This document shows positions 32,411 through 44,759 of a DNA stretch of 64,000 bases, piece by piece. Origin of the DNA: Vicugna vicugna (lineage: Eukaryota); NCBI GenBank assembly GCA_013265495.1, contig MU058868.1:310001-374000 (forward strand), in the 5' to 3' direction. How positions within the stretch are numbered: the first letter of the stretch is position 1; each line of letters opens with the position of its first letter. The position numbers were made by a program, and so were the translations under genes. Below the pieces are notes generated by a model. The model was not told where the DNA came from. It did not search any database and was given only the letters and a program-made list of their open reading frames with translations.

Positions 32411-33207
32411 TGTGTTCCTATCACTAGTGGGTAAGAGGCGGGAAGCCGCTAGGGGGGAGGTGGGAACATACCTCCCCCCCACCCCCGTCAAGGGGAACAG
32501 GTAAGCCGGGCGCCAGGGCAGGACCTCTGTGCCCCACGTCACCCAAGACCTGACCCCTCCCTGGAATGGCTTGGGGCCGGAGCGGAGTTTTGGATCTCCT
32601 CTCTGCTCCCAACGACTCCCTGGGGCTCAGACCTCCAGACCCTGACCGCCCAGTTGGGATCGAGGCTGGCTAGAGGATAGATGACCGTGGGCTCAATCAG
32701 GGCCAGGTCTGGAGGTGCGGAGAATGTTGGTGGCCTGAGGTTGGGGGCTCTGACACGGGCGCTAATGGGTACAGGTGTGAGGTGGACGCCGCAGGACGTG
32801 GAGGTGCGCGAGGCGGGGCTGGGCCGGGGCGGGGCGGATGGCCTGGGGGCGTGGCCAGACAGGCGAGGTGTGTTAGGCGGGGCCAGAGGCGGGCCAGGGC
32901 CGTGGCGTGGCGGGCCGTGTTGGGGCGTGGCTGGGCCAGGGGCCGACAGGGGCGGTGCGGGGGCGGGGCCTCGCCGTGGGGAGCCGCCCCGCCCGCTGGC
33001 CGCCCGCACAGCGAGGGTTAAGGCCAGGAGCCAGGCGGGAGGGGCAGGCGGGCGCGTGGATTGGTGGAAAGTTTGGGCGCGGGGCGGGGATATGGGCGGG
33101 GATGTGGGCGGGGTTTAGGGCGGGGCTCGGCAGCCGCGGCGCACGGATTGGCGGGAAGTTGTGTCGGGGCGGGGCGCGCGGCGGGCTCGGCGCTCGCTCC
33201 GGGAGAG

Positions 33208-33369
33208 NNNNNNNNNNNNNNNNNNNNNNNNNNNNNNNNNNNNNNNNNNNNNNNNNNNNNNNNNNNNNNNNNNNNNNNNNNNNNNNNNNNNNNNNNNNNN
33301 NNNNNNNNNNNNNNNNNNNNNNNNNNNNNNNNNNNNNNNNNNNNNNNNNNNNNNNNNNNNNNNNNNNNN
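33208..33369. other. Assembly gap (162 N)
   Basis: N run in the most GC-rich part of the FGFRL1 promoter. Confidence 1.
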
Positions 33370-33428
33370 CCTCGCAGCGCGCCCCGCGGGCCCGGCCCTG
33401 AGCCCCGCCGCCCGCGAGTCCCGCCGAG
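33370..33428 (+). other. FGFRL1: Visible 3' part of FGFRL1 non-coding exon 1 (5' part probably in the gap)
   Basis: Donor GAG|gtgagc at 33429 inside the CpG island, 568 nt upstream of the exon-2 acceptor. Confidence 0.6.
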
Positions 33429-34012
33429 GTGAGCCCCTCCGCGCGCGCCGGCGATCCTGGGGGCAGACTGGGAGGGGAGGGACGGGGGCCGGGGCCGGTG
33501 CCGGGGCCAGGGGCGGAGGCGGGGGCCGGGAGCGCCCAGGTCCCTGCTCCGCGGTCGGGGACCGCACCGGCACGCGCCGCAGCTCCCGCCGGGCCCGCGG
33601 TCCTGCCTGCGCCCCGCCCCCGCCCCTGCACCCCACGTGCCCCCCCCCAGCGCAAATTTGTCCGCTAATGGCGCAGGCGATTATCTTCGGGGCCGCCGGT
33701 GTTGTGTGTCCCGCGGGCAGGGCCCGAGTTACAAGCGCCAGGAATCCAGACGGTGTTTGGAGGGGGGGCGAGGGAGGCCGGTAATTAGTGTAAACCCTTT
33801 GTCTGCCTTTGATACCCACGGTTCCCCCGCCGCTGCTTCCTCTGCCCGGAGCGCCCGAGGGAAGGCGGGGCGGCCCGCATCCCTATCCCCGCGGCCCAGG
33901 GCTGGAGTGCTAGCGGCTCCCGGGCCCTAGGCCGGGGTGTGAGGTGCATGGAGACCCCCACCCCCACGCCAGAGACCGGCCTCTGAATACCCCCAGGTCC
34001 GCACAGGCCGAG

Positions 34013-34094
34013 ATGACGCCGAGCCCCGCGTTGCTGCTGCTGCTGCCGCTGCCGCTGCTACTGGGGGCCCTCCCGCCGGCCGCCGCCGCCCGAG
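34013..34094 (+). CDS. FGFRL1: FGFRL1 exon 2 coding part (signal peptide)
   Basis: Acceptor at 33997; MTPSPALLLLLPLPLLLGALPPAAAAR, AG|gtgagt; 82 nt. Confidence 0.96.
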
Positions 34095-37000
34095 GTGAGT
34101 CCTGGCGCCCAGCCCGGCGCCCCGGCCTCTGCCAGCGCCGCCCCTTTCCCTCCGGCCCTGAACCCTGCCACAGTGCCCGCCTGGCGCGCGTACTTGTGCC
34201 CCGCCCCTGCCGGCCCCGCGCTGTTCGGCCCCTCGCAGTTTGGCTCCTCACTGGCCGAGCCCCCCTCACCCTTAAGGCAGCCCAGCTCAGTTGTGGGCCC
34301 CCCTCACCCGTGGGCCCGTCTCACCCACAGCTCACACACTGGGCACCCCAGCTCACCCGTGGGCTCTCCTCATCTATGGGGTGTCCCCAGCTCACCCACA
34401 GGGTTCCCACTCACCTTCAGGGAACCCGCAAGCTCATGTATGGGGCCCCATGCTTGCTGGCAGGGTGGGCTCTGGCCCCAGTTCTCCTCAGGACTCACAT
34501 GGCCACACACACATGCCTACAGCTGAGGGCAGCTGCTGACCTTCAGCTCTTGGGGGATGAGCTGTTTAGCCCCCAGTGGGCCAAATTAGGCCTCTGGTAA
34601 CCTGCAGAGACCCCCATGGTGACCAGGGTTGGGGGTGAGGACAGTGGGAATATTCTTGTTGTCTGAGACTCACAAACCATCTCTGTGCCCTAAGAATGCC
34701 CCAGTCTAGGAAGGCACAGGGTGAGGGCTGGGGAGCTGAGTACCCAGCACGAGGGGTCACTGCAGTGTCAGGTGGGGAGCCTGTCTTAAGGCAGACCTGA
34801 GACCACCTACTTCAGCCTAGGCACTGTCTCCCGGCGTGTGCCATACCAGGGCCTGGACATGGGCTCACACACCTGCTGTGCAAGTGGGCAGGCTCGGATG
34901 CCTCTGGAGGGACCCCTGCCCCTGCACCCAGCCCCAGCAAGGGGCATCCTCAGCTGGTGGGTGATGGGTGATGCGTGTCCGCAGACTCCCACCGCCATGT
35001 TCAGTGCTGGCCTCCCTCAGCTAGGCGGGCCCTGTGGCCGGGCCGGCCCTTTGGGTGTGTTGACCACTCAGGATCGTCCCTGCCCTGTCCACCAGTCCTT
35101 AGAGGTTTCGCACCCCTCCCCCGCCGCCCAGCGGGCGCACTGAACCCAACCTGGCCTTATATGGCCATGTTCGGGTGTGGGGTGGCGGGCGGTGGCCCAG
35201 GTGGGCCTCATGCCACAGTACCCCCCCGCCAGCCCCGCCGGGGACTGGCTGGCTGACTTGAGGGTGGGGGCTGCCCAGGCATGGCTGCAACGGGCAGCGT
35301 CCAGGGCACTGCGGACACTCAGGTCATGCCCAGTAAGGCCCCCACCCGGTGGCCGGTGACTGGCAGCCGGCGGCCTGGACTCTGATTCCTGTTTTATCTG
35401 CTTGGACTCCCCAATCCCTGCACCTGCCTGTCCTCTGGCCACTTGGCCAGGGAGGCTCTGGAAGCCACTGTTCTGGCCTGGTCATTGGCTGAAGCCTGAG
35501 ATGGAGCAGTGGATGGCAGTGGACAATCGGGCCTGCCTCGGTGCCGAGGGTCCTCGGAGGGGCCAAACCCTGCTCTGTGCCCCTTGGCTGAGGCCTTGGG
35601 GCTGCATGGTGAGGGCCCCGGCAGCAGTAAGGAGGTGGGAGCTTAAATGCTTTCCAAGGGCAAGGGCCTCTGTGGCTTTGGGGGGTGTGCTGTTCCTGAA
35701 TTGTGCTGGCTTCTCCTCCAGGCCTGGACTTGAAGGTGGAGCTGTTTCAGACGCCCCCCTCCTTGGCGGGTGTTCAGGCTGAGTGTGGACCTTCAGGCTG
35801 GTGAAGCAGCGCAGAGACAGTTCGTTCGGTGGTTTTTCGAAAGCCGTTTTCCCCATGGTGTCACAGTTTCTAGAATCGACACATTTCTAGACGCAAATCA
35901 TATTTTTAAAGTTCCCCTTTTCCCAAAGTTTCACAATCTTGGTGAGTTTGTCTTAAACTTTTTTTTTTTTCAAATTTGGAAAAAGATAGAATTCGGCTTT
36001 CTTCGTTTCCGTTTTATTTCTCACAGTGGGAACATGAGAGGTTCAGAACGACATACCTTTTACAAATAACTTTGGAAGACGTTGTTTCAGGGTCTTCTGA
36101 GAAGTTCCACGTTTGAACTTTTCTGAGGATGGTCTCTGAGCCGCCAGCCCTGAAGGCCCCTCCCTGGTCCCCTGGGCCCGGCCGGGGTGTCCTAGGCGCC
36201 TTGCCTCCAGCAGGATGGCACAGCCTCAGGGCCCACCTGCCTCTGTGTTGTGAAGGGTCTGCGGTGTGTGTGATTCAGCGGGGAGGCGCGTGGCAGGCAG
36301 GATGGCTATGGTGCTGTGCCTGTACGCTGGCTGACCTCAGCCTCTGGCCAGGCTGCAGGGGACCCCCTCCCATCTAGGCCCTCCAGCAGCAACAGCCATT
36401 GTGTGGCCAGGGCCGAGGTGGACATGTGGGAGCCTGGCCCGGGCTCTGTGAGGTGAGGATTTGGGCCAGCAGCCCCATTTACGTCTTGTCTTGGGCCCCA
36501 CTCCTGGAAGGGAAAATAAATCACTGTCCCCTCTGGGGGGAGGAGGGAGCCGTGAACAAAGTTGCCTTTGGCTGAGCCTGGAAACATGACCGCAGGCTCC
36601 TTCTCCATTGTGCGGGGATCATGGGCCTCCAGCTCCCGCCAGCACCACAGCCCCAACCCGGAGATGTGGGTTTTCCCCAGCAGTGGCCTCAGCCCCAGCA
36701 TTGCCGGCCCAGCTCAAGCACTGCTGACGGTGCTGGGGGAGGCGGGGTATGGCCCCACAGGCCAAATCCTGGCTCCTGGCCACCCCCTGGCCATGTGTCC
36801 TTCGACATTGGCCTCCTTGTTCCTCATCTGGTGTCTGCAGTCCAGGTATGTCCAGGTGGCAGCTCTGTGAGCAAGATCAGCATGTGGAAGGGAAGCGTGC
36901 CTGGGCCTCTGTCCCCAGACTCCATAGACGCCCCATCCAGGGCTGCCACCCTACCTGCCCATCACCTGCTCTTCTGAGTGGTGGACGTTGGGTGCCCCTG

Positions 37001-40000
37001 GCTCCTCTTGGGTCCCAAGGAGAGTTGGAGCTGCTGTCCTGGGCTCCCTCAGGTGGGGCTACAGCGCAGCGTCCATGGTCCGGGATGTCTGGAGGAAGGT
37101 AGGGGAGAGACATGGGCTCATGAGGCCAGGATGGGCCTGGAAGGAGAGGTGGGTGCTGGTCAAGGGAGGAAAGACCTTCAGCTGGGGGGATGTTGTGGGC
37201 AGCTCACCTTGGCCAGGGTGGACACGTAGGGGACACGGGTGTAGCTGAGGTGGGCCCTTGAGTGGGGAAGGGCTAGGGCTGGGCCCAGAGGCTGGTGGGT
37301 GAGGGGTGCAGGGAGGAGGGGCTGGGGGCTTTTCTACCTGAGCATTGCGGCCAGCCTGCCTCCTCCAGTGAGGAGTGCTGGGGCCTCCATCCACACCCTG
37401 GGCCCTCACCAAGTGGCTGGGGGCAGGGCCTGGAGGCTGGCGGACGTCAGGGGAGGGCTGCACACACCGCACCCCACATAGACGGGCCCCGCTCTGGGGA
37501 GAACCAGCCCAGGGTGGGGGCTTCCAGCAGCTACCCCTGAAGTGCTGGATCCGCTCCGGCCCCCGGGCGGCTGGAACCCCGGGCTTCCCATCTTGGCAGG
37601 AAATACGATTGCTTTTCTTCCTGCTGGGGAGTTTATTTCGTGAGAGATTTACACAAGCTGTGTGCTGTCTGAGTGGCTGAGGAGTGGACAGCGGGGCCTG
37701 GGGCAGCAGGCAGGAGGAGGGACCCCACTGGCTCCCTTGACTCTGCCCCAGAAAAGCCAGGGCCTGCGAGCGCACTCCTCTCCTGAGGCCACCGCCGGCG
37801 GCTTCCGGGCTGCCCTCTGCCCTCCTGCAGCAGCCTGTCGGGCTCTGGGGAGGACTGTGGGGCTGGCTCTGGAGCTCAGCACAGCACAGCGTGTGCCCCT
37901 GGAGGGCTGGGGAGGCCAGTCTGGGCCAGTTGGCTGGCTCGGGCCTCATGCCCTCAGGCCTGTCCTCGAGAAGCCCTGGGGCCCAGGGTCGGAGGCCCTG
38001 GTGGAGCAGGGAGAGCAGGTGTGGGCGGGGGCTCTCTGGCCTGGAGGTTCCTGGTGGCTGGGCTGCTGGCTGTGTTGGGTGGTCTGCATGTTCTGCTGAA
38101 ACGTCCATGGGTTCCAGGCTCAGGGGCATCCCCCTCTCACTTTTGAGGCGACTCTGGTACCTGGATCAGGGCCCTCAGGGTGGGGCCCTTGGGTGGTCTG
38201 GGCCCCGTGACGAGTTCCACGTCCTCCGGGCCTAGCGCTGGCATGTGGACGAGGGCTTTCTCAGTTCTTTGGCAGCTAGGAGCAGGGCTCGGCCTCTCTG
38301 GGGAGTCCTGCAGGGACCCCAGTTCTGCAAGTGATGTTTGTGGGGTCGGGGGTGGGTGGCAGGCGTGGGGAGGGTCAGCGTTGACCCTGGTGGACCTAGT
38401 GAGACCTGAACGTGGAATAGGGGTGGCGTGGTGTTCAGCTAGGCCCCTGGATGGGTCTGTGGTAGTGGGTCTGGGTGCTGCCCAGTCACTGTCCCCTGTT
38501 GGGAGTTCACGTGGGGCCGCTAGGGGAGCGGCACCCCTGCTTGGGCCCTGGGATGGTGAGGAGGAGCCCTGAACTGGGGGTCCACTGAAGGTCCGTGTGG
38601 GGTTTCCTGGGAAGAGAACAGACCTGGAGGCCCCCCACCTGCCTGCTCACCTGGTGCTCAGGCCAGGCAGCGGGTGGAGGGGACGCGCCAGTCAGCTTGC
38701 TTGGTGGGTCGGGCTGTCCCTCTGTCACGCCCAGAATGTCCTGGTTTCTGGAGCAACCACCTGTCCTGCGGGTCCTACCAGTTCCACCGCAGGTCCTGTG
38801 GGTCCAGCCCCCAGGGGCCGCCCTGGGCCGGCTGGCCTCGGAGCTGGTGTTATGCACATGCACGTGTGTGTAGTGTGTGTGCCCGGGGCTCAGCGCTGGG
38901 CCAGTCTGCATCCTCCGCCCCATGGCAGCCCTGTGATGGTCCTCACCTGTGCCCCTCTGGGGGCATTCCTGCCCTCCCCCCAGACCTTGCCTTCCTGGAG
39001 GGTGCTGGCCCCAGGCCACGGCATCTGGGCCTTCCCAGCTCACCCCCTGTGCCCGGCCCTTTCACCCCAAAGAGAGCACCCACCTTCCCCTCCCAGCTCA
39101 GCTCCCTAGCCCAGGCCTGGCGGGTGCCCTTTGAGCCCCTCCCCATGCTACTCACTCAGCCCCACCACCCCGCAGGACGGTGGCCCCTGGCCTGGTGCTC
39201 TCACCCTAGAGCCAGTCCCAACATGGTTAACCTAATGCCCACCAACCCCCCCCGGAGTAATGTCTGGGGTTTTGCAGGCTCCCTGGGGACAGAGCAGCCC
39301 CGATGAGCTGGCCTGGTGGTTCTTGCACCCTCACTCCCACCTGTGTCTGTGGCTTCCGGGGATGAGGCCTGAGACCACAGGTGCCTCTGCTGGTCTCTGG
39401 CACATGGGCCCAGGGGGCGGGTGGTGTCTCATCCAGCTCCTCTTAAAGGGAGCTTGGGGTCAGCAGGCCAGGGCCCACTGAACGCCCTGGGCAGTGGGGA
39501 GAGGTAGAGGCTGACACCTGGGATGCCTGCACCGCGGCCAGGCCCCTGGCAGATGTGAACACGGCAGGGAACACGGATGCAGATGGAATGGCCGGGGCCC
39601 TGCCTCTGGGAGAGGAGAGGGGGGCGGAGGACGGTGCCCAAGGCAGGGCAGGGGCCGTGGGTCAGTAAGGTGTGGGGTGCTGAGCCTGGGGTGGCCCCCA
39701 AGGGCCTGTGAAGGCTGTGTGGGGATGGGCACGGGCAGGGGCAGAAAGTGAGCTACAGCTGGGGGTCTCTTCTTCCCGCCTCGCATGCGGCCCTCCAGCC
39801 CTCTTCTCCTCTGCCCTCCCTGGGCCCACTGGGGCAGGAGGGGCGTCAGCTGGGGTTCCCACAGGGTCTTGTTTTACTGAACCTGGGAGAATGGTGCTTC
39901 TGCCAGGGCAGGCCCAGCAGGGGCTGTGGGGGTCCTGGCGGCTCAGAGGCGGGATGCGTCCTGGGCGGGAAGTGGGTCTGTGTGCACCCACGGTCGAGGT

Positions 40001-40526
40001 GTGTGTATCCGGGGGACTGCACGACAGCGTCAGGGTATGACGCCAGCTCTGGGTGGCAGCTGGGAAGCCCAGCCACATCTGCTGGATGTGTGCCCCCCAC
40101 CCCCCACCTTGTTGCTAGGCCCTGGCCCCTCCCAGCACCTCCATTCCTGACCATGTTTTCACAGTGAGGGGTGGAGGGGAGGAAGGAGATGGGAAAGGAG
40201 AGGGCAGCACCTTCCCTGCCCGTTACCTTGATGCTCAGCCCCCACCTTGTGGTGGTGAGATGCCACTGCCCACCCCCAGTCTGCGTTTGCCTCGCAACAC
40301 TCTCCAGGTGCCATCCCTGTATGTAGCCTGTGGCTCAGGGTGAGCACTGGGCTGGGGCTTCCTGGAGGAGGCGCTCACAGGGAGGGGGCTGAGGTTGGGT
40401 GTGGAGGGCCCTGCCCGGGAAGCTGGCTGCTCCTCCCCCATGCCCTCACTCTGGCCTCAGTTTCCCCCTGGCTGAGTGGCTTGGATGCCCTGTCCAGGTG
40501 GAATAGCAGGGCTTGTGTTTCCCAGG

Positions 40527-40536
40527 CTAAATATAG
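40527..40536 (+). promoter_or_regulatory. Perfect MEF2 motif CTAAATATAG in FGFRL1 intron 2
   Basis: Matches YTA(A/T)4TAR; unusual in GC-rich DNA. Confidence 0.45.
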
Positions 40537-42864
40537 AGCTGTGGCAGCCGTGCTGGCGGCTGAAATTCCCAGGAATCTGGGGGGCCAGGCCTCCTGCTGG
40601 TGAGCCTGCTGGGGTCTCTGCAGAGGCAGGGGTTGGGGCTGGGGCCTGGCCTGGTATCGGGCAGGCTGCAGCGGGGCAGGGGCCGTGTGCTTCAGGGTGA
40701 GGCTGGCTCCAGCTGGGGGCCTCCGGCTGGGCTGCTGCCTGACCCCCTGGCTGCCTGCAGGCCAGCCCTGTCCCTCCTTCACAGTGACCAAGGGTGGCAT
40801 CCCTGCCACCCAGTAGGTGCCCCCTACTCCTCAGGTTCTCCTGTCTGGGGGCGAGGAGGGCAAGAGGGTGAGGGGCTGGAGGTGACCCCCCCCATGGTCA
40901 GGCTGGGCTTTTCTCCACTGAGAAACTGAGGCAGGCTCCTTCAGGGGATGAGGGTGTCGGACCAGCCCTCCACGGTGTCCCCAGGATGCAGTGGGGACAA
41001 GCAGAGCCCAGCAGGGAGGGATGTTGTCCCTTGTGCAGGCACTGTCCTCCCTACGTGCCTTCCAGGCTGTTGCGTGTGTCTGTGTGCTTGTGCTTGTCCG
41101 TGTGTGAGCCTTGCGCCCAGGTGTCAGCCTGAGAGGCCCAGGGCCCGGGGCGGGCTGGGGGTAGGGGAGCCCTCTTTGTCCTGCAGCTTGGGAGGCCCCG
41201 TGAATGGTGGGATTGCAGGCGGTGACAGGTGGCGGACAGGGTCTGCCCGGGAATGAGACCAAGACTCGGGGGGCCTCAGGAGGCCCCGTGGCCCCTCCCT
41301 CTGGTGAACTGGGTGGGCGCCTGGGGGAGCCCTGCAGGTAAACGAGTTACCAGTGAGAAGCAGCTCTCAGCCCTTCCAGGGGAGCCAGCAAGGCTGGTGA
41401 CGGGGGGCTGGCTGGGAGAGCAGAGCCCAGGGTGCCTGCCTAGGGGCTGTGTGGCCGGGCTGGCGCTGCCCAAGTAAAGGCAGGGTGTGGAGGGGAGGTC
41501 TCAGAGGGAAGGTGCCCCATGTCCCTGTGTCTCTCACAGCCCCGTCCCCTGGGGTCAGAGACTCGGCACGCGTCCCCATCTGGGGCCCCGGAGAAGCTGA
41601 GCCCTAGGCTGGCAGCTCCCTCCGTCCGAAGGGGGATGTCCCCCAGCCTGCCCTAGTGCCCCAGACAGAGGTCGTGGGGGCTTGTGCTCTGAGAGCTGCG
41701 TGGTGAGAACAGAAAGCCGCCCCCCATCTCTGGGGAACCCACAGGAGCACTTTGGGCCCTGGTTGCAAAGCGGCAGCAGACCCAGCTGGCAACAGTGTGT
41801 TGAAGAAACACCAGCTGGTTATTAAAAACACATGCTGCCCTCGGGCCCCGCAGCGACAGCATCCCGGAGCAGCCACCGCCTCGGCCCTCCTTGTGGCCAG
41901 GACGCGGTTTGCAGACCCTCGAGACGGGTGGCTGCAGTGAGGGGTTGATGTCTCTTTCGGCGGCTGTGGGTGGGGTCCCAGGAGCCAGGCCCCCGTGGCT
42001 GCCTCTCCTGATCTGAGGGATAGTAGGTGGGGTGACCTCGTGAGAACCCGGCACCACTCATGGTCATCCTATGGTCCAGGAACTGCAGACCAGTCCAGGC
42101 TCAGAGCCACGGGCGGGCGGGGCTGAGGGTCAGCCAGAAGATAGTTCCACTCCTTTCTGAGGCCTATAGTGTCCTTCCCAACCAGCCAGCCACCTGCTGC
42201 CCTCCAGGCCTGGTCATCCCCACTGTCCCTGCACTTGACCCCAGAAAAAATGAGGCTGGAAATGGGCTGGCAAGTGGGGCTGGGTTTCTTCCTGCTGGTG
42301 AAGGGCACCATGGCCTCAGCCCAGGCCTCGGGCTTCTCCCATGGGAGACAGTGGTCACCTAGGGCCAGTGTGCCTGGCTGCTTGGCCCCTGACCCCAGGG
42401 CTTTCGGGTCACTCTCCTCCACCTGGTGTGGCCTGGCTGGCAGCAGGGAGGCTCTCATCTGGGCAGACAGACCTGGGCAGAGGTAGCCCCCACACATAGG
42501 CACAGACGTGGGCCACCAGACACAGGCCGCCGGTGCCACACTAACCACACACCAGTGCAGTTACACGCATGTGCACACACAGGCGAACTGGGCGCCTGCA
42601 GAGAGACAGTGAGGGGATGCCCTCGCTTGGCCGCTCGTGGGGGGTAGGCATCCTGGGTATTCTGGTTCCCGTGCGATGACACGCAGTTTGCCCTGGGTGA
42701 ACACCGTCTGTGGTCTGGGAGGAGGATGGGTGTATATGGGTGGCCTCCTCGGTGGGGACTTGGCAGGGACAGCCTCTCCCCTGGGCTCCTGGTGCCCCCA
42801 CCTGCCTTGGCCGCAACTCCTAGCCAGTCCCCTCCCCCGACCAAGCTCTCTGACTGCCCTCCAG

Positions 42865-43137
42865 GCCCCCCAAGGATGGCAGACAAGGTAGTCCCACGGC
42901 AGGTGGCCCGGCTGGGCCGCACCGTTCGGCTGCAGTGCCCTGTGGAGGGGGACCCGCCGCCACTGACCATGTGGACCAAGGATGGCCGGACGGTCCATGG
43001 CGGCTGGAGCCGCTTCCGAGTGCTGCCACAGGGGCTGAAGGTCAAGGAGGTGGAGCGGGAGGACGCCGGCGCCTACGTGTGCAAGGCCACCAATGGCTTC
43101 GGCAGCCTCAGCGTCAACTACACCCTCATCGTGATGG
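42865..43137 (+). CDS. FGFRL1: FGFRL1 exon 3 (Ig1)
   Basis: ccag| [40 protein letters not shown]...[10 protein letters not shown]|gtcagt; 273 nt. Confidence 0.97.
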
Positions 43138-44236
43138 GTCAGTGCTGGCTGGGGCAGGACTGTGTGGTGCCCAATACACCCCACCCTCATCCTGCCCGAG
43201 CCCGGCCTCATCTGAGCCCAGGACACCACCCTTTGCGGGCCCCTCCTCGTCAGACTGCACCTCAGGGGTCCCCTTCCTCCTGGGCCCCTCCTCCCCAAAG
43301 GTTCTGCTGACCTGGCGGCCAGGGTGGCTGCAGGGGTGGATGTTGGGGGCCCCAGGTGGTGGTCCCACTGAAGGGCAGACCAGCGGGCCAGGCAGGCTGG
43401 CAGCCTTGATGTCGGCCATGACTTTGAGGGTCAGGTTTCGGAGTTCAGAGGAGCCGCTGGGAACGAAGGGCCTCTGTTCTCTGCCTCTGGGGTCTGGGCT
43501 TGGGGACTGGGCAGTGCCCCCAGCAACACACCCTCCACTTACTGGTACCAGGCACTGCGCCCAGCTTCCCCCGCCATGGGCTCTGGGTGGGTCCCTTGAG
43601 GCAGGCTCCCTGGCAGCACAAAGGAGGAGCCTGACCCGTGCCCCCCAACACTGGGTTCTTGGGTCGGGGCTCAAAGCCTGGCCTCGGCCTGGGCCGGTGG
43701 AGGTGGCGGCTGTCATGGGGAGGGGGCATTCCTCAGTGTGCCCCACCCCCTGGCCAGGCCCCACAGGCCTTCCCTGGCTTGTGGAATGGGAGTACTGTGG
43801 ATGTCCACCCCCCCGCCACCGTCCTTTCAGAGGGGAGGATGACCAGGCGGTATGCGGGCCATGTCAGTTCACCAGGCCCTCGGCGCCTTGATGTGGGCTA
43901 GGGTTACTGCAGCTGCTGGCTGAGCTGGGCCCCCACCTCCCCCAGGCCCTGCAGACCCCTCGGAGCCAGGGTGGGAGAGCCAGCTCTCCATCCCACCACG
44001 CCTGTCGGGGTCACCTGCACCCAGGGAGTGGGCTGGTGGGTGGCTTTCGCCCAGCTGTCTCTGGATTCTGAGATGTGGGTGTGCGCCCACAGCCTCCTGC
44101 TGGCGTCTCTAGAGCTGCCCCAGCCGGGCCTGAGGCTGGGCCTGGGAACCAGCCCCGGGGCTGGGGTGGGGGCTGGGGAGCCATGCCTGGATCTTGGGGC
44201 TGCTGAGGCCCTTCTGACGCGCTTTCCACTCTGCAG

Positions 44237-44317
44237 ATGACACCAGCCCAGGAAGGGAGAGTGCGGGGCATGAGGGCTCCCCTGGGGGCCAGGAAGACCC
44301 AGCCAGCAAACAGTGGG
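44237..44317 (+). CDS. FGFRL1: FGFRL1 exon 4 (acidic linker)
   Basis: tgcag| [27 protein letters not shown]|gtgagc; 81 nt. Confidence 0.95.
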
Positions 44318-44401
44318 GTGAGCATGGGGGCAGATGTCACCACTTTCTTTCAGCCAGGTGGGGCCCCTGGTGCCCCCCTGACCTCTCTGCCTCCCCCGCA
44401 G

Positions 44402-44683
44402 CTCGGCCCCGCTTCACACAGCCCTCCAAGATGAGGCGCCGGGTGATTGCACGGCCCGTGGGCAGCTCCGTGCGGCTCAAGTGCGTCGCCAGCGGGCATC
44501 CACGGCCGGACATCATGTGGATGAAGGATGACCAGGCCTTGACGCGCCCCGAGGCTGGAGAGCACAGGAAGAAGTGGACGCTGAGCCTGAAGAACCTGCG
44601 TCCGGAAGACAGCGGCAAGTATACCTGCCGTGTGTCGAACCGCGCCGGTGCCATCAACGCCACCTACAAGGTGGACGTGATCC
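44402..44683 (+). CDS. FGFRL1: FGFRL1 exon 5 (Ig2)
   Basis: gcag| [43 protein letters not shown]...[11 protein letters not shown]|gtgagt; 282 nt. Confidence 0.97.
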
Positions 44684-44759
44684 GTGAGTGCGGGGGCGGG
44701 GGTGGGGGCCCGGGTGGGCTGGCGCCTGGGGGCCGTGCCCAATGCGTGTCCCTGCGCAG

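Larger units (their letters stand above)
32560..34320 (+). promoter_or_regulatory. FGFRL1: FGFRL1 CpG-island promoter with many GC boxes and two inverted CCAAT boxes (33060, 33147)
   Basis: More than 10 GGGCGG elements, very high CpG density, covers exons 1-2. Confidence 0.85.

Noticed and set aside
37625-37660. FOX/HOX motif pair in FGFRL1 intron 2 (GTTTATTT, GATTTACAC)
   Set aside because: Both are only partial matches and insufficient without conservation data
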